64,000 nt of DNA from Mayamaea pseudoterrestris (lineage: Eukaryota). Positions within the stretch are counted from its first letter, which is position 1, and each line of letters begins with the position of its first letter. Location of the stretch: contig BROI01000007.1 of the NCBI GenBank assembly GCA_027923505.1, positions 806,001 to 870,000 of the forward strand. The letters are read 5' to 3'. Shown piece by piece: positions 18,429 through 29,979 of this stretch. The translations under genes and the position numbers were made by a program. Under the pieces are notes generated by a model. It ran no database searches. It saw only the letters and a list, made by a program, of their open reading frames with translations, and was not told where the DNA came from.

Positions 18429-18688
18429 CGTACTGTTGCATTTCGGACCATTCGATTCGCTTGAAGTGGCAGTGGCAGAACGTTTGTCCATACAACGAGC
18501 AAGGTCAAACCGCATCCTAGCGATGCGGCTCTCACAAGCTGCTGTCGCCTCATTTGTCGTCCTTTTCGACGAGCATTTCGCGTAGACCGTCTGACACCAT
18601 CCTCGTCAAGCAGCTGCTCACTCGGACTCGCGTCGTCATCGTCCTCGTCGCCAAACACAACACGCTGCGTTGCCTGCCGTCTCCTCAT
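18429..18688 (-). pseudogene. 5' part of TE-disrupted type II membrane-protein gene
   Basis: ATG at 18688, a charged cytosolic N-terminus, then a TM-like LVRAASLGCGLTLLVVWTNVL. The frame now runs into the LTR and stops at 18335. Confidence 0.7.
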
Positions 18689-19044
18689 GATGCAATTTTA
18701 CTTTGAGACTGTATTGTGCCACGGCCTGTGCGAAAGAGCTTCATGTGCACAAGCAGTTGACCCTTGCGCACCTTGGCGTTTGTCGATAGTCGATCCGTTC
18801 ATCGCCAACGCACCATAAACAAGCACGCGCCCGCGATTTCATAGCAACGAAAGGAGTCGTTTGTGAGTTTGAAAATGACCGTCAGTCGTGCTTTCAATAA
18901 ACAAATCCGTTTTCATACCAAAGTAGTTCGTTAATGACTAATCATTCCCAGTGCGACCATTCTTCGTGATCGGCGAGGAGAAGTCCATGCGACGATGACA
19001 GCAGTCGGTGCCGTCTGTGGCCCCGATTGCATGACTCTATTACC

Positions 19045-19956
19045 ATGACTGCTGCATCTGCAGATGAGCTACTTGCCAAGTTTCCGACTGCAAGCCTGGA
19101 AGAATGTCAGCGCTTTTCAATCGCTTTTGGAAACCATCAAACAGCCTGCAAGAAGCTCGATGCCTACTTGACCTGGCGAAATGACCATGACATGGATGCT
19201 TTCGTCAGTTTGGGAGACGACTTCAAGGATTGGAAGCAAGCTGTTGAAAAGGCTCTTTCTTGGGAAGCGACTGCGAAAGCAAGTTCGAACGGAGAGATAG
19301 CCAAGAAGAAGCATGGATTTTTCCACCGCCATCCGAAAACATCAACTTCTACTTCAAAGTCGCGCTTTCCATCGTCCGATGGTGCGGCAGCAGCCAACGC
19401 TACTATTCCACAGTTAGTCTTTTGCCCCGCGGCTACATCAACAAATCCATCGTCCACGATTACGCCATTGACGGATAAAATTGGAAATCCCATTCTGCAA
19501 TGTCTTCCAGCCCAGATTGACTTGTCTCGATTTGGTAGCGGCATTTTCATTCTGGCTATTGCTTACTACTTGCATTTTAAGATGGACCGATCATCACTTA
19601 CACAGTATACGTTGCTTGTCGATGTTAGGCCCGGCAAAAGATGGCCGAATCCACCAGCCGCAAGCATGATTGGCTTTTTGCGACAAGCCAGTAGCACTCT
19701 CCAAGACTTGCTGCCGCAGCGCTTGAGCCAATGCTTGGTGCTCAACGTACCGCGAGCGGCCGTGCTGGTGTTTGACAGGATTGTTCGTCCAATTCTGTTC
19801 TTTCATTCGTCATCTTCCTCATCTGGAAAGTTGCATTTGCTCCGAGGTGGTGCCAACGTCGACTCCGTAGTATCAAGTCGGTTAGTCGATTACTTGGAAG
19901 CCGGTCATGAGGGTGTTGATTTGCTGGAGCGAACGAGACAAAAGGCTTTTCGATAG
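19045..19956 (+). CDS. CRAL-TRIO/Sec14-like lipid-binding protein
   Basis: N-terminal ECQRF...KKLDAYLTWR and C-terminal LLVDVRPG...LQDLLPQRLSQCLVLNVP follow the CRAL-TRIO pattern. Confidence 0.65.
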   Translation: MTAASADELLAKFPTASLEECQRFSIAFGNHQTACKKLDAYLTWRNDHDMDAFVSLGDDFKDWKQAVEKALSWEATAKASSNGEIAKKKHGFFHRHPKTSTSTSKSRFPSSDGAAAANATIPQLVFCPAATSTNPSSTITPLTDKIGNPILQCLPAQIDLSRFGSGIFILAIAYYLHFKMDRSSLTQYTLLVDVRPGKRWPNPPAASMIGFLRQASSTLQDLLPQRLSQCLVLNVPRAAVLVFDRIVRPILFFHSSSSSSGKLHLLRGGANVDSVVSSRLVDYLEAGHEGVDLLERTRQKAFR

Positions 19957-20752
19957 GTAATCGACAAAGTATCGGTAATTGCTTTCATTTCGCGTATTGA
20001 CAACCATCAGTAGAGTATTCCTATGCTTTAAGTCTATGCATTAGTTCATATAGACTATATCACTTGACTTATGATCAAAAATGTTAGAATTATCTGTCAG
20101 ATATGATAGATTGTAACTGACTAAAGAGTTGGAGCATCTATCCGAGGTGCTGGCTTGGCTCGAGTAGCAAATCCACTTGTGTCGCACTGTGTCCCACTCA
20201 CAAGTGCCTTTCTTTGAATGACGTGTCCAATGTGCGTCATTTTTTTAAATAAGGAAATCTTCAGGTTCCGAATGGGGCGGTAGAATATCGGAAAATAATC
20301 GACTGTCGTCATCGGCAAAGGTTCGCATCGAACATGGTCAGAATGTCAACGCGGCATTGCCCGCCGACAATTGTTTTCGGCCTCCTTGCTTTCGAGCTTC
20401 CTCGCAATTGCCGCAAAAGCTGCAAGCGCAAACGGCGCATCGAGACGAAAAGCCGCCTCCTACTGAGCCTTGTTGCCGAAACCAAAAGAGCAAAGAGCTG
20501 ACAGTTGATCGATCGTTTTTTGCACTGGCCATGGCCATGCCGCCATGCCTGTCATGGACACATTGAAGCGCTGCTTCCGACTCGCCTGTTCTCACATCGC
20601 GCAAGATCGAATTTTCCAAGACCAATCTATCTGGTGAGAGATAACGAGAGCTTACTAGAGCATATTGTACCGTTAAGTTGCTATAAATTCAAACGACATG
20701 AAGTATTGGACGATTAAAGTCAAACGATGCTGTTCCTGCAAATGATGAATAA

Positions 20753-22209
20753 TCATTCATTCTCGCTCTCATGGGCATCCTCGGCGGCGGCGGCGGCTTC
20801 TTGCAGCGCATCCTCCTCTCGCTGCTCCGTCACTCGTCGCATATGACAAGCAAGTTCTGGGTGATCCTTGAGAAAGAGTTCATGCTTGTACGAACCCTTG
20901 TCGAGTCCGGTAAAGAGGCGAGTGAATCCGTACATGGAAAGTTGACGCCGAAAGGAAGATATTTTGGACATGCGAAAGTACTTTGGCATGACTTCATATT
21001 GAAATCGGTCGCGGTCTTTGAGTTTAAAGGCTCGACCGGACGGGCTCCACGAAATGATTTCCTCAAAACCTTGTTCGGAAGCATCCGTCAAGAGCCGATG
21101 GAGTCTAATTGGAAATGCCTTTTTCCGAAGCTCCTTGTTTTTGATAAAGAGGCGATCCATATCTGCTTTATCGAGTGGCGATTGGACAGCAGGGGCCATG
21201 GCGATTGGAACTGCAGCTGCTGCTCCTGGTATTGTTGACTCCGTTGCCGACGTCCAAGTACTAGCCGCAAGTAACATCTGCGGCGGCACGTTGCCAAGCA
21301 ACGCATCACCCGACCAATCAGCCTGAGCGACTGCGAATGCATGAGCGGGATTGTACGATGGCATGAACGGAGCCACAGCAGAGCGCTGCTGCGCCAAGGC
21401 CAAGAGCTGCAAGTTGACTGCCGCGTTCGCCATTCCACCTAATGTTTGGTAGTTTACGCCAGGGATGCCACTCATGGCCAAAGGATGCATGAATGCTTGA
21501 TTTGAATCGCCCGTGGCTGCTTGGAGTTGAGCGTACCACGAGCGTTGAAGGAGAGCCACTAGCTGCGAGCTTATAGGCATTGGAATTTGCTGCGCCAGAT
21601 TGAAATTGATGGCGGGATCAGACAGGGGCAGCAGCGGCGTCATTGTATTGTCCATTGGTCCGCGTTGGAGGTTCATATCGTTAGCAAGCTGCTGGCAAAC
21701 GCCAGACGAAGGCGCCGGCTGCGCTAATTGCTGCACCTCTCGATGCCCTCGCTGACTACTTTCCCAATATGCCTGCCGAAAGCTTTGCGCCAGCGCATTT
21801 TGTTCGAGCTGATGCTGCAACATGCATTCTTGCTGCAATTGGTCAGGCGTCAATGCAGCAAACTGTTCTTGTTGCTGCTGCTGTTGATGATGTGAAGCGA
21901 GCCAAGAAAATTAGTCGAAAACATATTCGAATACAATTTGCTTCCAGAGGCATGTCGCGGCTTCATTTGACCGGAAAATGCATTTCAGCAATATCTGTTT
22001 TGGTTACTTACTTGCTGCTGCTGTTGAGGTCCGGCTGCTGAATGTTCATAACCAGCTGCATGTTCATTCTGCAATGCTTCAGTTAGACCGTCCGAAGCCA
22101 AAGTCGCGCCGTCGTTTGAATCCATGGCTGAATGTAAGGAACCAAGAAGCAAGCGAATAAAGTCGTTACTATCGGCATTGCTTTCACTCTGATGATTCGG
22201 TTCCGTCAT
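20753..22209 (-). CDS. Heat-shock-factor (HSF) DNA-binding domain transcription factor; intron 22011-21881
   Basis: FPIRLHRLL, IISWSPSGRAFKL and SSFRRQLSMYGF motifs, with a Gln-rich N-terminus. A phase-0 GTAAGT...CAG intron joins the ORF at 22209 to the main exon. Confidence 0.9.
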
Positions 22210-23120
22210 GGTGGAGCATCATCATGGTACTATCTACAATCAGCAAATTTGCTCGCGCGCGCGTGACGAAAAATGAAACGGATCGTTGTATTAATACGCG
22301 ATACGCCACACGCACCATGGGGGCTGTTCGCGTTTTCCGATGCGCTGGTGCGGAACATTGCTACTTGTTGGCGTGAATCAACGGAACTATTTTTCTACGA
22401 TGGAAAATGTGCTTCTTGTATCGATGAGACTCCTTGTTCAATGAATGATTATAGTATATATCAAGGCCATTCGAGCTTCGTTACACATGGCACCGCCATG
22501 CTGCTGCTATGAACGACTGAATTCAGAACGCCAACGAAGTCATCGCATCTCGCTATTTTTCTTGACAGCCAATTACAAGTTAAAGAAGAGAAGAGTATTG
22601 TCAATTCCATGTTCCTTTTACTTGTAGCATTGCAGCCTTGTTGTTTGCGACGTGCTTGCTGGCTTTGCAACGGTGGAATGAAGACTGCAGCAGCAGCAAG
22701 ATGAAACTCATCGACAGTTCCTTTTTTAACGATTTACAAGGAAACTGACTGAGAGGGTACTAGCGCGTTTGATTCTTCTCATTGACTCATGGTGAGTGAC
22801 ACGAGGCATCAAAAGGCACATGCAGTGGCTTCTCGTCTCTTCGAGTTCGGATTGGGCCGTCGTCGCACTTCCTTTTTCCATTGTCCACATATTCTTGTTA
22901 AGCGATGTGTATGGAGCTACCGATATTACCAATAGAAACAATAATCATAATCCTTGACAGAGCATTACAGTATGCAGGTTAATGGTTAAAGTTAAGTGCG
23001 TCAGATTTCGCGCGCGATGAAAAAAATAATCGTTCACTGTCAATCCAAACTACTCTGAACAGACTCACACCCGGCCGGACAAATAAGATAGCAGCACACG
23101 TTATATTTAGCAGTATATAG

Positions 23121-24023
23121 TTAATCAAGTATTGCGTCAACTTCCTTTATAAACTCGGCTCGTTGTCCACCTCCCGGCGCCACATTCGTCAACTGGCCAA
23201 TGTTTGCCAAGAGTTTCAACGAGGCAAATTTTAATCGCTCGTTCACAGCCTTTGGAAACAGCGGAGTAAACAACTTGACCAAAGCCGAAAGTAGAGGCGG
23301 TAGATTGAGCAGCAGCGTCGGGCCCGCTGTGTTGGGATACAAGTCATTGGCCAGCTTGGAACTTTTGGAGAGGGCTTGGCGAAAGGTTGCCGAACCTCCA
23401 ATGAGCTTGACGCCCTGCAAATCGTTGGCTGTCACGACCGACAGGAGTTTATCCGTCTGCAAGGACCGTTGATTAGCAACAATGGCATTCACCTCCTTGG
23501 CGTAGAGAAAGAATTCAACCATTTCGTCAACAGTGACTGCCTCCATGAGCGAAACGTCGTCAATCTGGCCGGCACGAATAATGTACAGCAAGTCGTTCGT
23601 CGACGCCGTCGTCGTCAGTGCATTCGTGGGAGTCATGTATGTTTGAATCTTGCTGGAATAGGGAGCGGCTTGCAGCACTGGCTCATTGTTCCACTTGTTG
23701 GGTGATGCTTGCGCTTTCTCGACGGCCTGCTGAGCCGACGTGCAGAGATTCTTGCCGTCACCATTTCTCCAGGCGAGATTAGACTTTAACAGAGATAGGC
23801 AATCATCCTTGGCTTCATCCTTGCAGCAATATCTGAGGTAAAAGACGTCGTTGGAGTATGGTTCGACCGCCAGAGCCTCCTTGCCGAGTATTGATGCAGT
23901 ATTATCCTTCAATGCTTGAATCGTCGGCGCGTGGCGGCTCAGTAACTTGGATACAGGCTCCGTTGCAATCAGTCCCAACGCCGTCGGCAGCACAAGCAAG
24001 AGATAGTGGAGAGAGACAAGCAT
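23121..24023 (-). CDS. CRAL-TRIO-like protein with N-terminal signal peptide
   Basis: Hydrophobic N-terminus; DVFYLRY...NLAWR, NDLQGV and LYP...LLLNLP...LFTPLFPKAVNERLKF motifs. Confidence 0.65.
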   Translation of the reverse strand: MLVSLHYLLLVLPTALGLIATEPVSKLLSRHAPTIQALKDNTASILGKEALAVEPYSNDVFYLRYCCKDEAKDDCLSLLKSNLAWRNGDGKNLCTSAQQAVEKAQASPNKWNNEPVLQAAPYSSKIQTYMTPTNALTTTASTNDLLYIIRAGQIDDVSLMEAVTVDEMVEFFLYAKEVNAIVANQRSLQTDKLLSVVTANDLQGVKLIGGSATFRQALSKSSKLANDLYPNTAGPTLLLNLPPLLSALVKLFTPLFPKAVNERLKFASLKLLANIGQLTNVAPGGGQRAEFIKEVDAILD

Positions 24024-24411
24024 TGGACCGATACAGTAGTTTGGAGAGATCGAGCCGCATTGATCGTGGAATCAAGCAATGAGCGTCAAAGATCGCCAGT
24101 GTGACACAAAATGCGAAAGATTTAGCTCTCTCTGTCCCGAAACAAAAATTCAAAATCATTCAACGTCAGCAAAGTGAATGCATGAGTCATCATGACTGAC
24201 AAAGTTCTCGAAAGAACATTGACGTGGCATCGAGGCATAAGTTCCAACTATCAAACGACGTTGGCACGGATGCACCTGTTGCAGGTGTCACACCGGCTCG
24301 CGCGCGCCATTCCCTTGGAAGCCGTCATGCCGTCGACGACCACGAAAAAGCATTCTCCTTGCGATCATTGCAGCAAGTCGACTGCCTCTCTGGGGTGCTG
24401 TTCAAGGGATC

Positions 24412-27358
24412 ATGTCGAACTTTACCAATGGTGGTCTCTTGCGAGACTCGTGCGCCTTTTTGGCGGGAGACAAAAACTCCTTTCCCTGCGATATGAACAT
24501 GATCTCGGTAGCGTCACTTGGTTTGGCAGCCGGTGGTGTCAGCTTGCTCTTTGTCTTTTATCTCATGAAGTCGGTGAGTTAACAGAGGATTGACTGAAAG
24601 ATAAATGAATTAACGATTCTAGCTGTTGAATTGGATCGTTTTAAAGAGCTTGTCAAACGAGACTTCTCACCGTGCAAATCATCACACCTCTGCTTCATTT
24701 ACAGCTTCAATCGCATCCGCGAGGCAACGACCTCATGAACAAGATCTCCGATCAGATCAAGTCGGGAGCCAAATCATTTCTCAAGACGGAATACTACTAC
24801 CTCTCCTATTTTATCGCTGGAGTCTTTGCAGCTCTATTGATTCTTTACTCACTCGATCCGCCATCGGCTGGCGGAAGTCGAACGGATGGCATTCGCTACG
24901 CTTCCTGTTTCGTCTTTGGAGCAACGCTTTCAGCAGCATCTGGCTGGTACGGCATGATGGTTGCCACGGATGCCAACGTTCGAACGACGCAGGCGGCTAA
25001 AGAAAAGGGCTTGTCGGTGGCGCTCCGCGTCGCGTTTACTGGAGGTGCCGTCATGGGTTTCACCGTGGTGGGGCTAGGATTGTTTGGCCTTAGCTTGACC
25101 TTTTTCCTCATGACGCTGGGTAACACTTCGATGCCTTTGGAGATTCGCATGGCGGATGCTGCGGATACCATTGCTGCCTTTGGGTTTGGAGCATCGTCGA
25201 TTGCACTCTTTGCTCGCGTTGCTGGAGGCATTTACACAAAGGTATGATTGACAAGAGAAGCTTGATGAGCGACTTTTTGTCGTCAGCTTCATTTCGTGAG
25301 AAGCAATGTCTAACATTCTTCCATCTCTCCAAACTTACAGGCCGCAGATGTTGGCGCAGATTTGGTGGGCAAGATTGAAGAAAACATTCCGGAAGACGAT
25401 CCTCGCAACCCTGCGGTTATCGCAGATAATGTCGGAGGTATGCTTGCTGTGATTTTGTGCGTGTGCATGTAGATCGTTGGGACGCCATGATACTAACTAA
25501 AATCGTTGCTCCGGCGCAGATAATGTCGGCGACGTTGCTGGCATGGGAGCTGATCTTTTCGAGTCATATGTACGTATCGTGTCATCTCGCACACAAGACA
25601 CTTGGTAACGTTGGCTAACTTGCTGCAAATTGCGCAACTTTCACGCAGGTTGGTTCTATTATTGCCGCCATGACGCTCGCGAATCATGATATCGCCAAGG
25701 TCACACTTCCTCTCTGGATCTCTGGTGCCGGAATTTTTGCTTCCATGGCCGGCTACTTTATTGTCAAGGTCAAGGATGGCGCTACCCAGAAGCAGTTGCT
25801 CAATGCGCTTCTCAAAGGCGTCATTGTCGCATCCGTCTTGATCATTGGCTTGTCGGCGTTGATTTGTCACTTTCTGTTTCTAGGACGATCGCAGGAAGGA
25901 TGGTATATATTTGCTTGCATCATCATTGGCCTTGTTGCTGGTATCTTGATTGGACAGATTACCGAGTACTTTACCAGCTATGAGTTCTGGCCTGTTCAAT
26001 CTATCACGGCGGCTGGTATCACCGGCCCTGCGACTGTTATTATTCAAGGCCTTGGGGTCGGTATGATTTCAACTGTATTGCCCGTGCTAGTCATTGTTGC
26101 TACGATTCTCGGTTGCGACGCTCTGGCCTCACAATACGGAATCGCCATGGCGGCCGTTGGTATGCTGAGTACCCTTGGTGTGACATTGGCGACAGATGCC
26201 TACGGCCCTGTCGCTGATAATGCGGGAGGTCAGTGTTTTGAATGGCGTGACTGATTGTAAACTGTGTATCGTCGACTCACACTCTCATGTTTTTGCGCGC
26301 TACAGGCATTGCCGAGATGGCCGAGTTGGACCCAGCAGTGCGAGAAATCACTGATGCGCTTGATGCCCTAGGTAACACGACAGCTGCCACAGGAAAGGGC
26401 TTCGCAATTGGAAGCGCTGTTTTGACATCTCTATCGCTCCTGGCCGCGTTTGCTGAATCGTCCCAAGTGTCGTCGACCGATATCAGAGCACCGATTGTCT
26501 TGTCAGGCATCCTTATTGGCGCCATGCTTCCTTTCTTGTTCGCCGCCTTGTCCATGTTGTCTGTCCAAAAGGTAAGCACATCTATATCGGTTCAAGATCC
26601 ACTTGGGCCGATCCTCACCCTAGCCTCTTACTCAATAAGGCTGCCGGTGCAATCATTATCGAAGTCCGTCGCCAATTTGCCGAAATTCCAGGCTTGCGCG
26701 AAGGAACTGCAGAACCAGATTCGGATCTGTGTGTTGCCATTTCGACCCAAAGTTCCGTCGAAGAGATGATTCTCCCTGGCATTCTTGCCATTTTGTCGCC
26801 AATTACGATTGGCTTTCTCATTGGACCGAGTTGCTTAACCGGTATGCTAGGCGGATCAATAGCCAGTGGTATGATGTTGGCGTTGATGATGTCCAATGCA
26901 GGAGGAGCATGGGACAATGCTAAAAAATACATTGAAATTGAAGGTGCCGCCGGAGGCAAGGGAACGGAAACGCACAAGGTGAGTTTTGCGCCGTCAATAA
27001 CTGTCGTCGTCGCGAGTCAGTTACACTTACACTTACAGCACGACAGGCTTGCGTTGTGGGCGACACTGTCGGCGATCCATTCAAAGACACCAGCGGACCG
27101 TCGCTCAACATTCTCATTAAGCTGATGAGCATGATCAGTTTGACTATTGCTACCCTTTTGGAGGGCAAGGAGGACTGGGAAGAATGGTACTACGGCTTGA
27201 TTCCACTTTTTGTCATGGTGGCTGGAGCCTATATTGTATATCATTTCTTCTGGAAAAATATTGCGGACATTGCTGCTCCTATTGCCGATATTGCTGATAT
27301 CAAGAACATCGAAGGAGAAGCGGAGCCAGAGGTTGGCGTCGAAGGACCAGCTGAGTAG
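24412..27358 (+). CDS. Membrane H+-translocating pyrophosphatase (V-PPase), K+-dependent type; multi-exon
   Basis: Spliced motifs [72 protein letters not shown] and [14 protein letters not shown]. First exon is 24412-24573; about 7 introns. Confidence 0.95.
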
Positions 27359-28221
27359 GATAGTCTCACGCTGCTGCTATGTCTTCCATATCTTGCGACG
27401 AGATACTCCTAAGAGTAGCTACTTTATCTGTTAATTTCAAAGTTGTAAGTCGACGGAAATACTGAGTATTTAGCAGCTTATGCGTTTCTTCGGTAAAGCG
27501 CCCCTAGTGGTTCAGTTCCACCGGGCAGAAACAGCGCAATTATCATGCACAAAGTGTCGTTTGTCAAGCTCTCGTTATTGGCGCTTTAGACAGTGACTTT
27601 GCCGGTACTATAGAAGAAGTCGCTACGTCACGAATGCTCGACTTTCCGCGGTGGCGGCAGCTTTGACCAAAACGCGAATTAATCCCGTTGTCGAGCTCTC
27701 TCCGTAAGCGCGAAATGATTTCTCCTATATGCAGGCCTCAGGCAAGCTCATCGGCATCGAAGAGAAGGGCTTGTCGTGTCGCGAATAGGTTGATCTATCA
27801 TCGAGTTTTTCGTCTAAGATGGAGTCAGCGGATTCCGGGTTTTTGTGAGACAGGTTGAAGTTTTGAGTCATTTTCGTCGTGATTTCTGGAATTGAGTTTT
27901 CATCCATGACTCTTGGGCAGCATTCGTAAGATTCAAACGAGATTTTCCCGAAAAAGCCGAACACCCGTACTATTCACCTTTCTTCATGAATCGGCTGGAT
28001 AGAACTGACTTGCTATTTTTTGAGAACGGTCTATGGCCATGGCAGTATGGTGACATGGAAGTATTCTTGCGATCGCCCAAGAAACAAGCTGGACAAAGAG
28101 CGCATTGCCAAGGAGAAAGAGGAAAACACGGAATCCATTCAAAACGCGACAAACCCATTCCCATACTATCAAACGGATCGACGTCCGTGCATGCATCAAA
28201 GCCTAGGTCACATTCTCGACT

Positions 28222-29490
28222 ATGAATCCTCAACAGGAATCGAGAAACGAACAACAAGCAGGCAATGAAGCTTTGCAGGCCGTCCTGCATGCGTTGCAGC
28301 AACAAGCACAAGCCGTCGCCGATACAGCGACAACGCAACCCTTGCCAGCAGTAGGAAGATTGGATCGGTCAGTGCAATCATTAGACAATCCAACCATGTT
28401 GTCACTGCTGCATTTATCCACAACTGGGCCTCAGTACCTTGCTCCTCCACCAGCACTTGTCGCATCCGATCCCCTACAAACAACTGAACCCGCTGGATTC
28501 TATAGTATACCTCGAGCCCAGGCGAGGCAGCAGGAATTACCAGCACTGGATGTCTTTAACCCACTTCCCCAGCCATCGCCGGCTCCAAGCGTGCTTCCGT
28601 CAATGCAGCAGCTTCCAATTTTAAACCAGCCTCAGCAGCAACAACTTCAATCAATGATGGATCGCCAAATGTTAATCAATATGCTGCTATCCAGCGGTGC
28701 CACTGGACAATCATTCGGAGGAGCGACAACACGAGACCAGCAGGGAGACTTGCAACGGCAGCAGCAAACAACGATGGGACCAAACTTGGCGACGCAAATT
28801 CCTTCTCCATGGCAGTACCAAATACCTCAGCTTTCGTCGACGCACTCCACGGCAACATCGACGACAAATTCAAATCACTTTCCAAACCATGATCTTTCAA
28901 ACCATTTGTCAGTGACAGACAATTCTCATCAATCCATGCCTACCCTGCAAGGTTTCTCGAATCCGTCATTGGAATCGAGGTCACCCGCTGCACCAATGTA
29001 CGCAGCAATGCCACATATAAGACCGTATCCAGTACTTCCAGTGCAGCAACAACCGTTGGTCGATCCTTTCCTCGCGGCGTTCCAACATTCGCAAGTAGGC
29101 TTGCCAGTAAGCGCAACTGAGCGAACTCACATGACATTTCCCATGAAGTTGCACAAGCTACTGTCGGAGGTAGCAGCTGAAGGAAAAGAGGATATTATAT
29201 CCTGGACTCCGTCGGGCCAAGGGTGTCGAGTGCACGACCGAGCTCGCTTTATCGACGAAATTGTCCCGCAGTACTTTCGCCACAAGAGCATGTCCTCTTT
29301 CCGCCGTCAATTGTCAATGTATGGGTTTCATCGCAATACTAAAGGACCCGAAATAGGCGCTTACCAACACGCGCTGTTTCAAAGAGATCATCCGGAATGG
29401 GCTGAGCGCATCATGAGAGTCAGCAGACAAAGCGAGGTTCGACATTCAAAAATGCAAAACCCTGGACTGAGATCCATATACCCGCCGTAA
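28222..29490 (+). CDS. HSF DNA-binding domain transcription factor
   Basis: FPMKLHKLL, IISWTPSG and SSFRRQLSMYGF motifs; Gln/Pro-rich N-terminus. Confidence 0.9.
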   Translation: MNPQQESRNEQQAGNEALQAVLHALQQQAQAVADTATTQPLPAVGRLDRSVQSLDNPTMLSLLHLSTTGPQYLAPPPALVASDPLQTTEPAGFYSIPRAQARQQELPALDVFNPLPQPSPAPSVLPSMQQLPILNQPQQQQLQSMMDRQMLINMLLSSGATGQSFGGATTRDQQGDLQRQQQTTMGPNLATQIPSPWQYQIPQLSSTHSTATSTTNSNHFPNHDLSNHLSVTDNSHQSMPTLQGFSNPSLESRSPAAPMYAAMPHIRPYPVLPVQQQPLVDPFLAAFQHSQVGLPVSATERTHMTFPMKLHKLLSEVAAEGKEDIISWTPSGQGCRVHDRARFIDEIVPQYFRHKSMSSFRRQLSMYGFHRNTKGPEIGAYQHALFQRDHPEWAERIMRVSRQSEVRHSKMQNPGLRSIYPP

Positions 29491-29979
29491 GGAGTGAGAT
29501 GCAAGGAGTCTAATTCGCACATTCTCGACAGACCATAAGGCAAGTAGCCCGCCATTTTCGCTCGGATGGTACTACATGGAGACTCACAGTTAATAAGGTG
29601 ACAGCTTTCCGCGCTCACCTGGTTCCTGTCCTCGCGGACGCCGCCTCTTGACGACATTTTTTTATCATATATATCTATGCATCCTCCCTTGCTGCGACTA
29701 AAATCCTTTGTGAGACATTCGAAATTTCTTATGGCTACCAGAAAGCATGAGTCAGAGTTCATGCGAAGGACAATAATTTAAGTATGTATACGCATTAACA
29801 ATGAGTAGTTGTTCTTTTCTTACCTAATACCCACTAAGGACACCGATCATAGCGACATTCTTCATAATCCCTGTAACGCATAAACATGCGTGCTGTTTAT
29901 CCATCCAATACTGCAACAACATGTAATACTGAGCTGTTGATAGCGCGAAGGTTGTTGGATGCGAGGATTTCCACTTTCG

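Noticed and set aside
27400..28220. Short ORFs upstream of the second HSF (also 20121-20717 and 22273-22941)
   Set aside because: No recognisable motifs or splice support; treated as intergenic/UTR sequence.
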